From Bdellovibrionota bacterium (GTDB taxonomy: Bacteria > Bdellovibrionota_C > UBA2361 > CALJRW01), in NCBI GenBank assembly GCA_041740355.1, contig JBGSMD010000016.1:128001-192000 (forward strand): 64,000 nt of DNA. Reading direction: 5' to 3'. Below, in pieces: positions 53,101-62,761 of this stretch (the first letter of the stretch is position 1; each line of letters opens with the position of its first letter). The translations under genes were made by a program, and so were the position numbers. Under the pieces are notes generated by a model. It had not been told where the DNA came from and searched no databases. It saw only the letters and a list, made by a program, of their open reading frames with translations.

Positions 53101-53618
53101 CCACCAGGTGTCTGGTTTAATAAATCACCAAGTTGATTGATAGTTGTGGGAGTTGGAGTAAAACCAAGTCCCTGAGCTGAGTTAGATAAATCGACATTAG
53201 TCACTCCAATGCAATCAGTAGCAACTGCATCAAAAAAATCTATTAAAGCCTGATCGATAATTGCCGTAGACGCTGCTAAATAAAGAGCTGCAGTAGAGTT
53301 TGCTCCAATAAACAGCGTGCCAGAATCCAATACGCCCGCTGCACAAATACCTACATTTTTTTCTATTAAATTATTTCGACAATGTTCGGCTAATATGTTT
53401 GTTGCCGCTTGGTCACAAGAAATAAGAGCATTCAAGCAAGCACCGATTGCTAATGCTCTTGTTTGAACATAAGTGTTACCTAAAGTTTCAATACTAGATT
53501 GGCAAGTTGCTGATTCCACACTTACTTGATTAATCGCATCTTCGCCGGAACCACCAATGGCCAAGGCTTGAAATGAGAATAATAAAATAGAGTAGAAAGC
53601 TATTAAAAATATTCTCAT
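50103..53618 (-). CDS. Secreted Cys-rich repeat protein (GCC2/GCC3, ephrin-receptor-like / TNFR-like CxxCPAG repeats)
   Basis: Signal peptide; dozens of 16-17-aa CxxCxxGxFS repeats; near-identical 144-bp DNA units around 52105-52500; basic C-terminal tail. Confidence 0.9.
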   Translation of the reverse strand: MRIFLIAFYSILLFSFQALAIGGSGEDAINQVSVESATCQSSIETLGNTYVQTRALAIGACLNALISCDQAATNILAEHCRNNLIEKNVGICAAGVLDSGTLFIGANSTAALYLAASTAIIDQALIDFFDAVATDCIGVTNVDLSNSAQGLGFTPTPTTINQLGDLLNQTPGGFTCLSNAVVKESFPLVDRILIDIQDKHNTCIAVSGVSNLGDSCTLDIDCGATTGRCGKLSASLINSDGPGLLSCTLAAPCPEGFAKTPDARICEPCVKGSFTSTSGATACAFCAEGSYAPLEAANECLLCPQGKFSDAYGAEECTPCPAGEFNLGTGLTSCDPCPAGKFNSASGSTYCYNCPAGTTSPEGSNLCTNCLAGTFSTSGDSSCSQCVAGSFSSAAATSCTNCPAGKISTAGASLCTNCLAGTYSSSGDSICSQCAAGTFSSAAAGSCTNCPAGKISTVGASTCTDCLAGTYSTNGDSVCSQCVAGTFSSASAASCTNCPAGKISTDGASSCSSCVAGTYSASGDSVCSQCASGSYSTIGSDSCSLCPAGTKSENVGEASCVNCNAGYFSTVGSSTCEQCLAGTFSEEASGVCQPCAGGMISTAGASACTNCLGGTFASSGSSLCSACPAGKFSATASSSCTNCPIGTISAEGDSSCSDCPAGKYNDTPGSAICTNCAPGKYSSEAGLSECLSCPAGKYSGANASECTICSAGSFSNPSSSSCSACIAGTFSNAGDATCTPCSPGTYSDQGAGICTPCPEGTYSSIAGSSACLPCSDGTSSFEGSSICNPCPEGTIEISGICSACPAGKFAALGDLVCTDCLAGTFSISGSASCQSCPGGTFSSNNSASNCEPCAVGNFNYNIGQTSCQSCTAGTYANATGMLNCLDCPEGQISANGFTNCLSCGRGKYRSPDRTACLSCPSGFYNDNADADSCKSCAAGSFKSESGASACNDCIPGTVSVAEGSSVCEACPAGAFAENSRLSSCSTCPAGTFSLVGSSNCQDCPAGYFQANAAASSCLPCPFGSYSLAGARECIPCTKGSYSDTSPGTSCKDCEVGTFSSTAGQSSCTECSPGSFAAFEGSNNCIACPLGQYSSTGGASCLQCPLGEFSSNLGSVTCSKCFPGSYSPTLGASSCLACPKGSVTKKSGANKCKICKEGTKANRTKTKCVKVH

Positions 53619-53648
53619 GTCATATTAATCATAAATTATATATGAACC

Positions 53649-55010
53649 TTAGATAGAAACTACCTTTTTTACAATCTTTAAAATTACTTGGGGCCGAAGA
53701 TAATGACTTAATTGGATTTTACGACTAATCTTTAGCAAATACTTTTGAGATAAAACAGCAGTTTCAATTGCTGGAGCTGACTGCGCCTGATTGGCGTTAA
53801 TTAATTTAATGCTTTGTTTTACTTCTTGAACCTGATCGTAATAAACCGTACCCGGATAGGGATGTGCAAAATGAACAGTTATTAAATCAGGCCTAATACC
53901 AAGTATAAAATCCTTAGCTTCTTTTACAGATTGCCGATCATCCCAAACAAAACCAATCATAATGTATGCTAAGGAGACAATTCCAAATTGATCGCATAAA
54001 CGCATGGTCTGTTCGGCACGAGAAAAATCAGTCCTTTTTAAAACTTGCTCAGCAATCCTTTTACTGGCAACGTCAACGCCAAAACTAATTCCGTAACACC
54101 CGGCTTCCTTCATTGCCTTAATAATATCGGCATCAACTCGATCGATCCTAGTAGTAGTAACCCATTTTGCTTCCGGACAATTAATTTTAATTGCCTCGCA
54201 AGTCGCGATTACCCATTTTTTATCTTGAGTAAAGGTATCGGCTCTCAAATAAAAATATTTCGTGCCTGCAACAATTAATTCTGACATCTCCTTGGTAATA
54301 CTTTCTGGAGAACGATGCCTGGCTTGATTCCCATTTACCAAATGCACCAAGCAGTATGTACAAGTGTAAGGACATCCTCGCTGTACACGAATTGTTGCTT
54401 GATTTTTATTGCGCCCGCGCACCCGATACAAACTAGACTTTAAAATTTTTCTATCTGGCAGCGGCAATAAATCCAAATTCTTTTCCAATAAGGGAACTGG
54501 ATGCTCGATGTATTTTTCATCGTGCAGATAAGCAGTACCAAGAGCTTCTCGGTAACCCAATGTTAATAATGATTTAAAAACATTTTCGTACTCACCACGG
54601 ATGCAGAATGTAATCGCATTTGACTGCCTTAAAATTCTCTCACTGTTAACATAACAAGGAGCTCCGCGTAAACAGATATCTATCTCAGGAAAGCTCCTTC
54701 TTAAGATCTTTGCCCATTCCAAATCTAATTCCAGACTGCCGAAGGTTGTCACAACAACTAAAAGATCTGGTGAGTAATCTTTTATTCTACTAATAAACTT
54801 TTTATCTGATAATTTTTCTGCTGGGGCATCAATTAAGCTAGCGTTAGCTCCGAGAGCCTTAATTGCACCAGCAGATTCGCACTCTTCTAAAGGAGCTCGC
54901 ATCGAAGGAATTAATTCAAATTTAAAAAAAGATTGGCAACGATCCTCGCGACAGTATGAACCTGTTGGACAGAAAAGAAATAAAACTTTGTGGTAGAATA
55001 AGTTAGTCAA
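53649..55010 (-). CDS. Cobalamin-binding radical SAM protein (HpnJ-like class)
   Basis: RGCPYTCTYC; N-terminal B12-binding-like region; REDRCQ; PYPGT. Confidence 0.88.
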   Translation of the reverse strand: MTNLFYHKVLFLFCPTGSYCREDRCQSFFKFELIPSMRAPLEECESAGAIKALGANASLIDAPAEKLSDKKFISRIKDYSPDLLVVVTTFGSLELDLEWAKILRRSFPEIDICLRGAPCYVNSERILRQSNAITFCIRGEYENVFKSLLTLGYREALGTAYLHDEKYIEHPVPLLEKNLDLLPLPDRKILKSSLYRVRGRNKNQATIRVQRGCPYTCTYCLVHLVNGNQARHRSPESITKEMSELIVAGTKYFYLRADTFTQDKKWVIATCEAIKINCPEAKWVTTTRIDRVDADIIKAMKEAGCYGISFGVDVASKRIAEQVLKRTDFSRAEQTMRLCDQFGIVSLAYIMIGFVWDDRQSVKEAKDFILGIRPDLITVHFAHPYPGTVYYDQVQEVKQSIKLINANQAQSAPAIETAVLSQKYLLKISRKIQLSHYLRPQVILKIVKKVVSI

Positions 55011-55129
55011 AATATCTAATAATATTAGTTAGCTTTAAGATCATTAGTGTTATAATCTTTTCCATAAATTCTTGCCATTGTAGTCTTTTATCTAAAATAC
55101 TATTTTTATTTACTTTCCTAAGTAAAAGG

Positions 55130-55176
55130 TACTGAGCGACATTGAAATTTAACGTTTAAAATTTGGTCGACTAATA
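55130..55176 (+). repeat. MITE-like repeat family B
   Basis: TACTGAGCGACATTGAAATTTAACGTTT...GGTCGACTAATA. Confidence 0.6.
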
Positions 55177-55267
55177 CCTATAGGACAGCTTGGATTTTAA
55201 CTATATAAAATAAGGGAAAAAACTAGCAAAACAAATTTACTAAAACCCAATGTGCTGAAAAAGCTGT

Positions 55268-55303
55268 ACTTGTCCGCCGAAGCTTTAGCGTTGGAGAAAG
55301 CTT
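55268..55303 (+). repeat. REP-like repeat family A
   Basis: ACTTGTCCGCCGAAGCTTTAGCGTTGGAGAAAGCTT. Confidence 0.75.
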
Positions 55304-55408
55304 TTTTTGCAAGCAGTCAGGTCATTACTTAATGCGTTATAGTATATCAGAAATGCTTTGTATTGATTAACTAAGCAATTGATAATTTACTTTTAAAAAT
55401 TACTTTCC

Positions 55409-56866
55409 TTGAAAAGCCATAACATTACCTCATTTCTTTTTAGCTTATTAATACTTCTAATTATTGGATTAGTTTATTCACCCGTAAGAAATCATAGTTT
55501 TCTAAATATTGATGATAATGTCTTTGTTACTGCAAATCCAAATGTAGTTTTAGGTCTTACTTGGGATAATATTAAATGGGCTTTTCGAGAGCCCTATGCT
55601 GGACAGTGGCAGCCAATTACTTGGATTAGCCATATGATTGATATTGAATTTTACGGCCTATGGGCTGGTGGCCATCATCTAACAAATGCCATTATTCACG
55701 CCTTAAGTGTTTTAATTTTATTTTTTATTTTGCTGAGAATTAGAACTAAGCACTTAGTAGCATTTCTATTATGTCTGCTTTGGGGGTTGCATCCTCTACG
55801 TCTCGAATCTGTTGCTTGGGTAGCAGAAAGAAAAGATGTACTTAGCATCTTTTTTGGCCTTTCGGGATTACTGATTTATCTTACTCAACTTCGCTCTCAA
55901 ATTCTTAAACTCACTTTAGTTACTTGCTGCTATACTTTAGGATTACTTTGCAAACCAATCATTATTACCTTTCCCTTATTACTTATAATTCTAGATCTCT
56001 CGATACTAGCTCGGTTTGAAAATTGGAAAAAATTAATTATAGAGAAGCTACCATTGTTTTTAATAGCAATTATTTCGGCGCTAATCACAATCTCGGCACA
56101 ACAAGCCGATCAATCTCTGAATTCCCTATCAGGATTAACAATCCAAGATAGATTAGAAATTTCGACTACTGCCATCTTGGCCTATCTTGCAAAATTCTTT
56201 TGGCCTGTTGGCGGTGGAATTTTTTATCCTGTAGTAGATTATCCTCCCGGAGTTGGTGAAGGGGCCCTGCTAGTCTTGGGAATTTTACTTTCTATCTCGA
56301 TTAAAAATTATCAAAAACATCCTTACTATCTATTAAGTTTGGCTTGGCTAATAATATCCTCCCTGCCAATTATAGGTATTATGCATATTGGTGGACAATC
56401 TCTGGCTGATCGCTGGACTTATTTCCCGCATGTGGGTCTAACTCTGGCGCTTGCTCTTTATCTAAACAGGTGGCCAAAATTAAATTACTATCAATTAGTC
56501 TTTTTTGTAATTCTAACAACAATCTATGCTTTCTTAAGCATTTCTCAACTTCCCAATTGGAAGAATAATCAAAGTATTTATAGTTATACTTTGAAAATTT
56601 CGCCTAATAATTTCATGGCACATACTAATTTAGGTGCTGCCTATGATGCTGACGGGCGATTAGATTTAGCCACTACCCATTTTGAGGAAGCTGCCCGACT
56701 TAATCCAACATATCCAGAAGCATTAAATAACTTGGGAAGTCTAAGAGCACGACAAGGTAAAATTAATGAAGCAATTTCACTTTTTGAAAAAACATTAATA
56801 ATTAGACCTAATTTCATAAATGCCCAAAAAAACTTAACCTTAGCTCGGACATTAAAAACTGAATAA
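55409..56866 (+). CDS. TMTC-like GT-C membrane protein with C-terminal TPRs
   Basis: NIDD, WQPITWISH, HPLRLESVAWVAERKDVL, ADRWTY; TPR motifs AHTNLG and ALNNLG. Confidence 0.9.
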   Translation: MKSHNITSFLFSLLILLIIGLVYSPVRNHSFLNIDDNVFVTANPNVVLGLTWDNIKWAFREPYAGQWQPITWISHMIDIEFYGLWAGGHHLTNAIIHALSVLILFFILLRIRTKHLVAFLLCLLWGLHPLRLESVAWVAERKDVLSIFFGLSGLLIYLTQLRSQILKLTLVTCCYTLGLLCKPIIITFPLLLIILDLSILARFENWKKLIIEKLPLFLIAIISALITISAQQADQSLNSLSGLTIQDRLEISTTAILAYLAKFFWPVGGGIFYPVVDYPPGVGEGALLVLGILLSISIKNYQKHPYYLLSLAWLIISSLPIIGIMHIGGQSLADRWTYFPHVGLTLALALYLNRWPKLNYYQLVFFVILTTIYAFLSISQLPNWKNNQSIYSYTLKISPNNFMAHTNLGAAYDADGRLDLATTHFEEAARLNPTYPEALNNLGSLRARQGKINEAISLFEKTLIIRPNFINAQKNLTLARTLKTE

Positions 56867-56965
56867 ATCTATCAACGTGAACATCTCTGGAATAATGCTG
56901 TTCTATACATAACCAATTAAATACTGACCTGACACAATTTGAAAAAATGCATTTAATGCCTTCCG

Positions 56966-56996
56966 ACTTGCCCGCCGAAGCTTTAGCACAAGTGGA
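56966..56996 (+). repeat. REP-like repeat family A
   Basis: ACTTGCCCGCCGAAGCTTTAGCACAAGTGGA. Confidence 0.7.
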
Positions 56997-57008
56997 TGCA
57001 ATATCAGT

Positions 57009-57530
57009 TTATGTGGCTTTTAGTTTTATAGGCATTAGAAGATCTTCCAGAAAAAACGCTGATAATTCAGAGCGGCCAGATAATCCAGATTTAGAGTATA
57101 CAGCCATTGACTGGGCACGAGCTGTTTTCTCTGAAGTGTTACGAATTGATGCAATTTCTTTTAAGCTCAAGCCCTTTAATAGTAACAATGCTACCTCTTT
57201 CTCCGCAACCGAGAGATGCCATAAACTCAATTGTTGATCAATCGCCAGAGAGAGGCCTTCAATATATTTAATTGCTTTAAGGCGCCATAAATCTGCCTCC
57301 TCCTTGTATTTAACATGAGCCTTGATCTCATCTGCTAATAAGTGTTTAAGCGTTGAAGTTCCTCGAAGAATAATAAAAACCCCAAAGATTGCGACTGTTC
57401 CAATTGCTCCCTCTACCAGAACATGCCAAAAGCTTAAGCCATCCTGCAGATCAACTACTATATCAACGACTACCATAACGACAATCAGGGCCAGAACAAC
57501 GGCAATAATAATTCTTTCTTTAGTATTCAA
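57009..57530 (-). CDS. Membrane-anchored LuxR-type HTH regulator
   Basis: Two TM; W.LSVAEKEVALLLLKGLSLKEIA..R.TSEKTARAQ...VY.KSG. Confidence 0.92.
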   Translation of the reverse strand: MNTKERIIIAVVLALIVVMVVVDIVVDLQDGLSFWHVLVEGAIGTVAIFGVFIILRGTSTLKHLLADEIKAHVKYKEEADLWRLKAIKYIEGLSLAIDQQLSLWHLSVAEKEVALLLLKGLSLKEIASIRNTSEKTARAQSMAVYSKSGLSGRSELSAFFLEDLLMPIKLKAT

Positions 57531-57761
57531 TCAATTCTTATCTTAAAGGAGTAAATTAAATTTTACTTATTAATGATAAACATTTTACAGTTCAAAACTA
57601 ACTTTTTTAAAAGTTATAAATAAATTTAAAGATGTACAAACAAGTTTTAATAAATTTAATTCAATAATCTATACTGCGTAAAAGTTAGAGGAGCTCGATC
57701 TATAAACTTGACTTACAGAAAAGTCCTTTAAATATTTAGTAGTGACTTACCATAAAGTATC

Positions 57762-58532
57762 TCAATCCCTATTACGCTTTCTGCTATTACTATTATTCTT
57801 TTTCTGATTTTTTATAGATTTTTTATGATTTTCTTTAGATTCATTCTCTTCACTTTCTCCCAAACTTAGCATAGTCCCAAAGATATTTATACTTCTCCTT
57901 GAGCTATTATAATTAACTCCAAGATATACCCCAAAAATAATCACCAATCCTAGAAAAATTAATCCTAAAGTTGTCCGATTAGAAGAAGAATCTGCATTTG
58001 GCAGAAGATCTTTTTTCCGTCCACCGATCATACTTAAGCTAATCATTTCTCGATGACGAAGAGTATGGAGAACAATTCCACAAATATGAAGTATTACAAC
58101 GATAATAAATGCATTTGCTAATAATTCATGGAGTTCTTCGTAAAAATCATTTTCACCTCCACTACTCATTAAATATCCAGTAATTCCAAGTCCTAAAGCT
58201 AACGCTAACATTATTACCGTCACCCAACTTGACGCTGGGTTATGTCCATGCCAACGCTTTTTATCTCCAGTCAAAATACCTTTAAAGTAATGAAATAAAT
58301 CGCGTGGATCAAACGAAAATCTTGAGAATTTTGAGTAATTACCACCAACTATTCCCAGAATAATTCTTAAAAATGCAACAAAGACTAAAAGCATTCCTGC
58401 TAGCATATGCCACGAAAACAGGGAAGAGTCGTCGTCAACGGTCTTAGAAATAATAAATGCAATTAAGAAAAAGCCAGCAAAGAGCCAATGGAATATTCTT
58501 GTGGGCAAATCATAAAGATAATAAGGTTTCAT
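57762..58532 (-). CDS. Cytochrome b/b6 domain protein (Ni/Fe-hydrogenase cyt b family)
   Basis: DLPTRIFHW, WHMLAG, GHNP, ELHELLAN, LHICG heme histidines. Confidence 0.9.
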   Translation of the reverse strand: MKPYYLYDLPTRIFHWLFAGFFLIAFIISKTVDDDSSLFSWHMLAGMLLVFVAFLRIILGIVGGNYSKFSRFSFDPRDLFHYFKGILTGDKKRWHGHNPASSWVTVIMLALALGLGITGYLMSSGGENDFYEELHELLANAFIIVVILHICGIVLHTLRHREMISLSMIGGRKKDLLPNADSSSNRTTLGLIFLGLVIIFGVYLGVNYNSSRRSINIFGTMLSLGESEENESKENHKKSIKNQKKNNSNSRKRNRD

Positions 58533-59179
58533 AAAATTCTCTGATAAATAAAAAGTAAGGAAATTCCCCTGCTACTCCTAAGAAGTATTCTCGATTTAGC
58601 CTTTAAAATATTACAGCGCATCTTATGCTTTAGTGGTCTAGAATCGGGGCATCCGACAGCCAAAATAAAAAATTATGGTTTTAAGTAATTTTCAATTTTA
58701 AACCATGATAAAGATAAGTAATTTTTAATTTATATTCCATTGACCATATGCCCCATATTTGCCCAAACTTTGATTAAGACCATTTTAAGACTAAGTTTTT
58801 TGGGCTAAGTCTTTTCTGTGACTAATATAGTAAGCTAATAAAGTAATCTCTAAAAACTTTTTAGAAAGCTCTGTTGGATTGGTGATAATGGTTTTTGAAC
58901 TTTGTTAACTTAACTATTAAATTTATAATTTCCAGATTATTAGTTTTAACATACATTCATAAATTTCAGTCATATTGGTTTATAGAACTTTTGTAGTACA
59001 TTAATATTTTGTATTGAAAACTATGAAAGTCGGCTTAAATTTAAATGCTAAGATATTAAACTAGGCAGTTTTCCATCAATAACTTACTTGCAATACCAAG
59101 CAATTTAATCAAGATCATTAATTTATTAGAGTATTCCAATACCTATTCAGTATGACCCCTTGAGAAATTCAAAAAAAGC

Positions 59180-59211
59180 TCCGACCTTCGATTAAGCTTC
59201 GTCGGTGGACA
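59180..59211 (-). repeat. REP-like repeat family A (reverse orientation, degenerate)
   Basis: Minus strand TGTCCACCGACGAAGCTTAATCGAAGGTCGGA. Confidence 0.55.
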
Positions 59212-59455
59212 TTTTTTCCTTTTTTTAAAGATTGGTTTTGTATATTTGTTTCCCTAGTTATTAACTTTAATTATAGAAGTTAAATAATCCAGCGTCACTC
59301 CTTGGATTGCTTCAAGCATAAAGTTTCCAAAGACATAATAAATTTCTTTAATTATTCAATTCGTTTAACTGACTAAAGAGAGTGATATGATCACTGTCAT
59401 AGTCATTACTTACAAATCAGATATTATTTCTTTTTAATAATCTCAAGGAAAACAA

Positions 59456-59971
59456 ATGAAAAAAACTACACTAATTATATGTGTTCTCTTATTGGCAAAT
59501 TTTTGTTTTGCAGAAACAACCACTACAGAAGTTACCAAAACACTTAATGATGGAACTACCGAAGTATCTCAAAAAACCATTGAGAGAAATCAAGGTATGA
59601 ATGGCACGATTATCACCGAAACAAATTTTACTAAAAAACAAGGCCTTGCCGGAACTACGGTTTCCTCGACGACGGGAACATTCCATGTCAAATCTTTAAC
59701 TCCTGAAGTAATAAATATTAGGCCAGGATTAATTAATGAAACTGTAACCCTTGAAGGTGAGAACTTAGATAAAATTGAAAGCATTTATTTGATTAAAAAC
59801 GGAGAAATTGTTGATTCAGTTCAAATTAAGTTAGATCAAGTTGTTAATAATACAAGAAAAATTAATTTAATGTTCAATGAAAATTATGTCCAAGATGGCG
59901 ACTTAAAGTTTGTTGTTGTGAGTGGGAAAGAAGTTGTTTCAATTCCAGGAACAGTGACCTACGTAAAGTAG
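59456..59971 (+). CDS. Exported hypothetical protein, Thr-rich with C-terminal Ig/IPT-like segment
   Basis: AAGGA RBS; signal peptide; VKSLTP...VTLEGENL. Confidence 0.8.
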   Translation: MKKTTLIICVLLLANFCFAETTTTEVTKTLNDGTTEVSQKTIERNQGMNGTIITETNFTKKQGLAGTTVSSTTGTFHVKSLTPEVINIRPGLINETVTLEGENLDKIESIYLIKNGEIVDSVQIKLDQVVNNTRKINLMFNENYVQDGDLKFVVVSGKEVVSIPGTVTYVK

Positions 59972-59994
59972 TCTAAAAATAATTATTGTATATC

Positions 59995-60031
59995 AAGCAC
60001 GTGGTGCTTCAAGCGACCCCTTTGGGTCGCT
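59995..60031. terminator. Double hairpin between convergent genes
   Basis: AAGCAC-GTG-GTGCTT and AGCGACCC-CTTT-GGGTCGCT. Confidence 0.5.
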
Positions 60032-60067
60032 AAGGTACATGGCATTTAATCCTAATACTTTATGTAA

Positions 60068-62206
60068 CTAAATATTATCTACCAATATTCCTAGAGCATT
60101 TAATTCACTTTCTAGGGTAGACAGACTATGATCTAACATAATATTCACAGATTTTTGCTCAATGGAATTAGACAATGCTTTTTGAGTAGCTACATATAGC
60201 TTTTTAATTTTCTTACCAGGCTTAGTTCTACCAGCAGATTTACAGGCAGATTTATACTGATTTGTACAAAACGGACTAACCGGAGTTGTGCTACTAGCAG
60301 CTCTGACTGTTTGAAGACTTTTTACATAATATAAAAGTTCTTTATTCACTGCTGTCTGCAATTTCTTTGATAGCTTTATTTTACCAACAAAATCATTTGC
60401 AATTTCAGCGTATAATGGATGAGGAGATCTTAAAGAAAATAGTCTGTTAAAAGAAACTAGTATTTCTTCAAGTTGAACTTCTAAATTAGTAACTTCTGCA
60501 AGCTTGGTATTATTTGTATTAATCCCGGTTAGAAGTTTACTTTTGTTATTTTCTAACTCATTTACTTCTAGTTGAATTGTACTCAGGCTCTCAGGTAAAA
60601 AATATTGGGCATCGTCAATGATCTGATCATTTCTTAATTCAATGATTAACTCATAGGTTGAGATTGCTTCGCCTAATCCCCCATTTCCAGTTTCCCCTTC
60701 AGCCGAAGCAATATTTAAACTCATAACTTTAAGGCTATCTGATGCTGAGATTAATTCTGCTTCTAAAACCTCAAATCCTGATTTAATTAAGGCCTCAAGA
60801 CGTTTAGATACTGTTTCAACACTGACATTAAAGTCAGCACTTGTAGAATCCAAACTAGCTAAAGCTAATATTTCATTAAGAGCAGTAATAACTAATTTTC
60901 TATTTGCTAGTAAAATGCTTTTTTTGACAGCCTCAAGACGCTTAAAGTTCTTAGACTGAGAAAAAACTGCAAGTTTCCAGGCAGGTGAGGTATACTGATT
61001 ATTTGGTTTATCTAGAAAAAATGCATTCGCTGCAGCAATAGTTGAAATGCTTTGATATATTTTCCTAATTTGCTCTAAGCGCTTAAGCTGTCCATCAAGT
61101 TGGTTAATTTCAGTTTCTAAGTCATTCGCTAATAAACCATATTCTATTGCGACGTTGTAACGGCCACGCTTAATCTCTAAGTCAATTTTATTTTGTAAAT
61201 CTGCGTAGATATTATATTTAGTACCTCGGCAAGACTTCCAACTACTCAGTAAGCCCGGCCATGAAATCCCATCTTCATCACGAAAACCACCAAAAAGATC
61301 ATCAATGTCTTTTGGAGAAGACTTTAAGTTTGGTTGCTGTCCTGTTCTGGTAGAGCTCCATTTACTTACATTATAATCTGGCTTTGTTAGTAAGGTAGTT
61401 ACCCAATTTTTAGTATACTCGACTAATATATCATTTTGTTCTTTAAGATTTGAAAAATATGGTGTTCCACTTTCACAAAGGTTGGATAAATTCCCTTTGG
61501 TATTATCTAAGTCTGCTCCGGAGTCTAATCTAGAAACATCATGTAAGATTTCTTCCTGATTTGAAAGCAAGGCAATTTTTAAATTTAAGAAATGATCAAA
61601 ACCAAGGACTGTAAGTGTTGAACTCGGATTAGTGATCGCAACTTTTAAATCTTTGGAGTGCTTCTGAATTTTTACTTTGTTTTGAGTAACCAGATCCTTT
61701 AAATTAATAATTTCCTGATTCAATTGAGCAATCATCAAGGAAAGTGCTTTGCGGCGGTTTTGAAAATGCTGTCCATAATTGCCACTCGAAAGTGTTTCCT
61801 CACTAAATTCGATTCCTGCCTGCTGACGATAATAATCAGACATGCTCACAAGTTGATTGCTAAATTCTACTATGTTTGGATAAATATCCAGCTGAGCTTT
61901 TACTGAATAAAGGTCAAGTAATTTTTGCTCTAACTTTGTCTCTACTTCATTTAAGACTTGTTCTTTACTGTTATTATCTTGTTTTAAGTCAGCTTCGTAA
62001 GAGGATAAATAATCTAGTTTACTATCGATTTGAGATTGATTTTTTTGGTAATAACTACTTAGCTTGTTTTGACTTTCAATCAAAAGGTTTGCCGCGTTAT
62101 CAAGGGTATAACGCGCCTGAGGAGTTAGAGATGAACTCTGCGCCAGACAGACAGAATGACCAACTATTAAGATAACTAAACTTAGTGAGGATATTATTTT
62201 CAACAT
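60068..62206 (-). CDS. Exported coiled-coil hypothetical protein (712 aa)
   Basis: Signal peptide; heptad-rich helical sequence. Confidence 0.8.
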   Translation of the reverse strand: MLKIISSLSLVILIVGHSVCLAQSSSLTPQARYTLDNAANLLIESQNKLSSYYQKNQSQIDSKLDYLSSYEADLKQDNNSKEQVLNEVETKLEQKLLDLYSVKAQLDIYPNIVEFSNQLVSMSDYYRQQAGIEFSEETLSSGNYGQHFQNRRKALSLMIAQLNQEIINLKDLVTQNKVKIQKHSKDLKVAITNPSSTLTVLGFDHFLNLKIALLSNQEEILHDVSRLDSGADLDNTKGNLSNLCESGTPYFSNLKEQNDILVEYTKNWVTTLLTKPDYNVSKWSSTRTGQQPNLKSSPKDIDDLFGGFRDEDGISWPGLLSSWKSCRGTKYNIYADLQNKIDLEIKRGRYNVAIEYGLLANDLETEINQLDGQLKRLEQIRKIYQSISTIAAANAFFLDKPNNQYTSPAWKLAVFSQSKNFKRLEAVKKSILLANRKLVITALNEILALASLDSTSADFNVSVETVSKRLEALIKSGFEVLEAELISASDSLKVMSLNIASAEGETGNGGLGEAISTYELIIELRNDQIIDDAQYFLPESLSTIQLEVNELENNKSKLLTGINTNNTKLAEVTNLEVQLEEILVSFNRLFSLRSPHPLYAEIANDFVGKIKLSKKLQTAVNKELLYYVKSLQTVRAASSTTPVSPFCTNQYKSACKSAGRTKPGKKIKKLYVATQKALSNSIEQKSVNIMLDHSLSTLESELNALGILVDNI

Positions 62207-62461
62207 ACAACCTTTAGAAACAAAACCTATGTCTTAGCTAATCTGTCCAAAAACTTAATCTGCTTCTATCGATTTTTTTAGAATTTAAAGGCCTCCATTT
62301 TATATAGTTACAAAAACTGATTAATATTATTATCCTGTGTAATTCTAAGTAGTTACAACTCGCAATCTTAATAAATATACTTAATTTAACTTCAGTTTAC
62401 TAATACACCACTTGGGTAATAAGTGCCCTTTACTATGAAATACTATGGCAAATAGGTGAAA

Positions 62462-62761
62462 TTAAAATACAAAATCAACCAGTGCTCCGACAGCACGAAA
62501 TGGCAAGGCAATCACATCTCCCACAAAACCTACAGTACAACTTAATACCCCACCACAGCCATCATCTTCCGCTACTTCCAATTCACCAGAACTGACAGTT
62601 CGAGTGACTGTTCTTTCCTGCTCTCCGGTATTGGAATCAATCATGACAGTTTCGCTTGATTGACTAGTGGTGGTTCGATCTTGAGAACTACAGGCAACTA
62701 AAGTCATAAAAAATGATAATGCTAGTATAAAAACAATTCTTCGATAAATATTTAATTTCAT
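62462..62761 (-). CDS. Small lipoprotein
   Basis: Lipobox LVAC (start probably the ATG at 62761); C-terminal GDVIALPFRAVG. Confidence 0.75.
   Translation of the reverse strand: MKLNIYRRIVFILALSFFMTLVACSSQDRTTTSQSSETVMIDSNTGEQERTVTRTVSSGELEVAEDDGCGGVLSCTVGFVGDVIALPFRAVGALVDFVF

Noticed and set aside
3595-62175. Many short antisense or overlapping ORFs in the track (e.g. 3595, 4315, 30055, 43607, 48018-49169, 50213-53136, 56947, 61876)
   Set aside because: Shadows of longer, motif-supported genes or of repeats (56947 simply translates a family A repeat).
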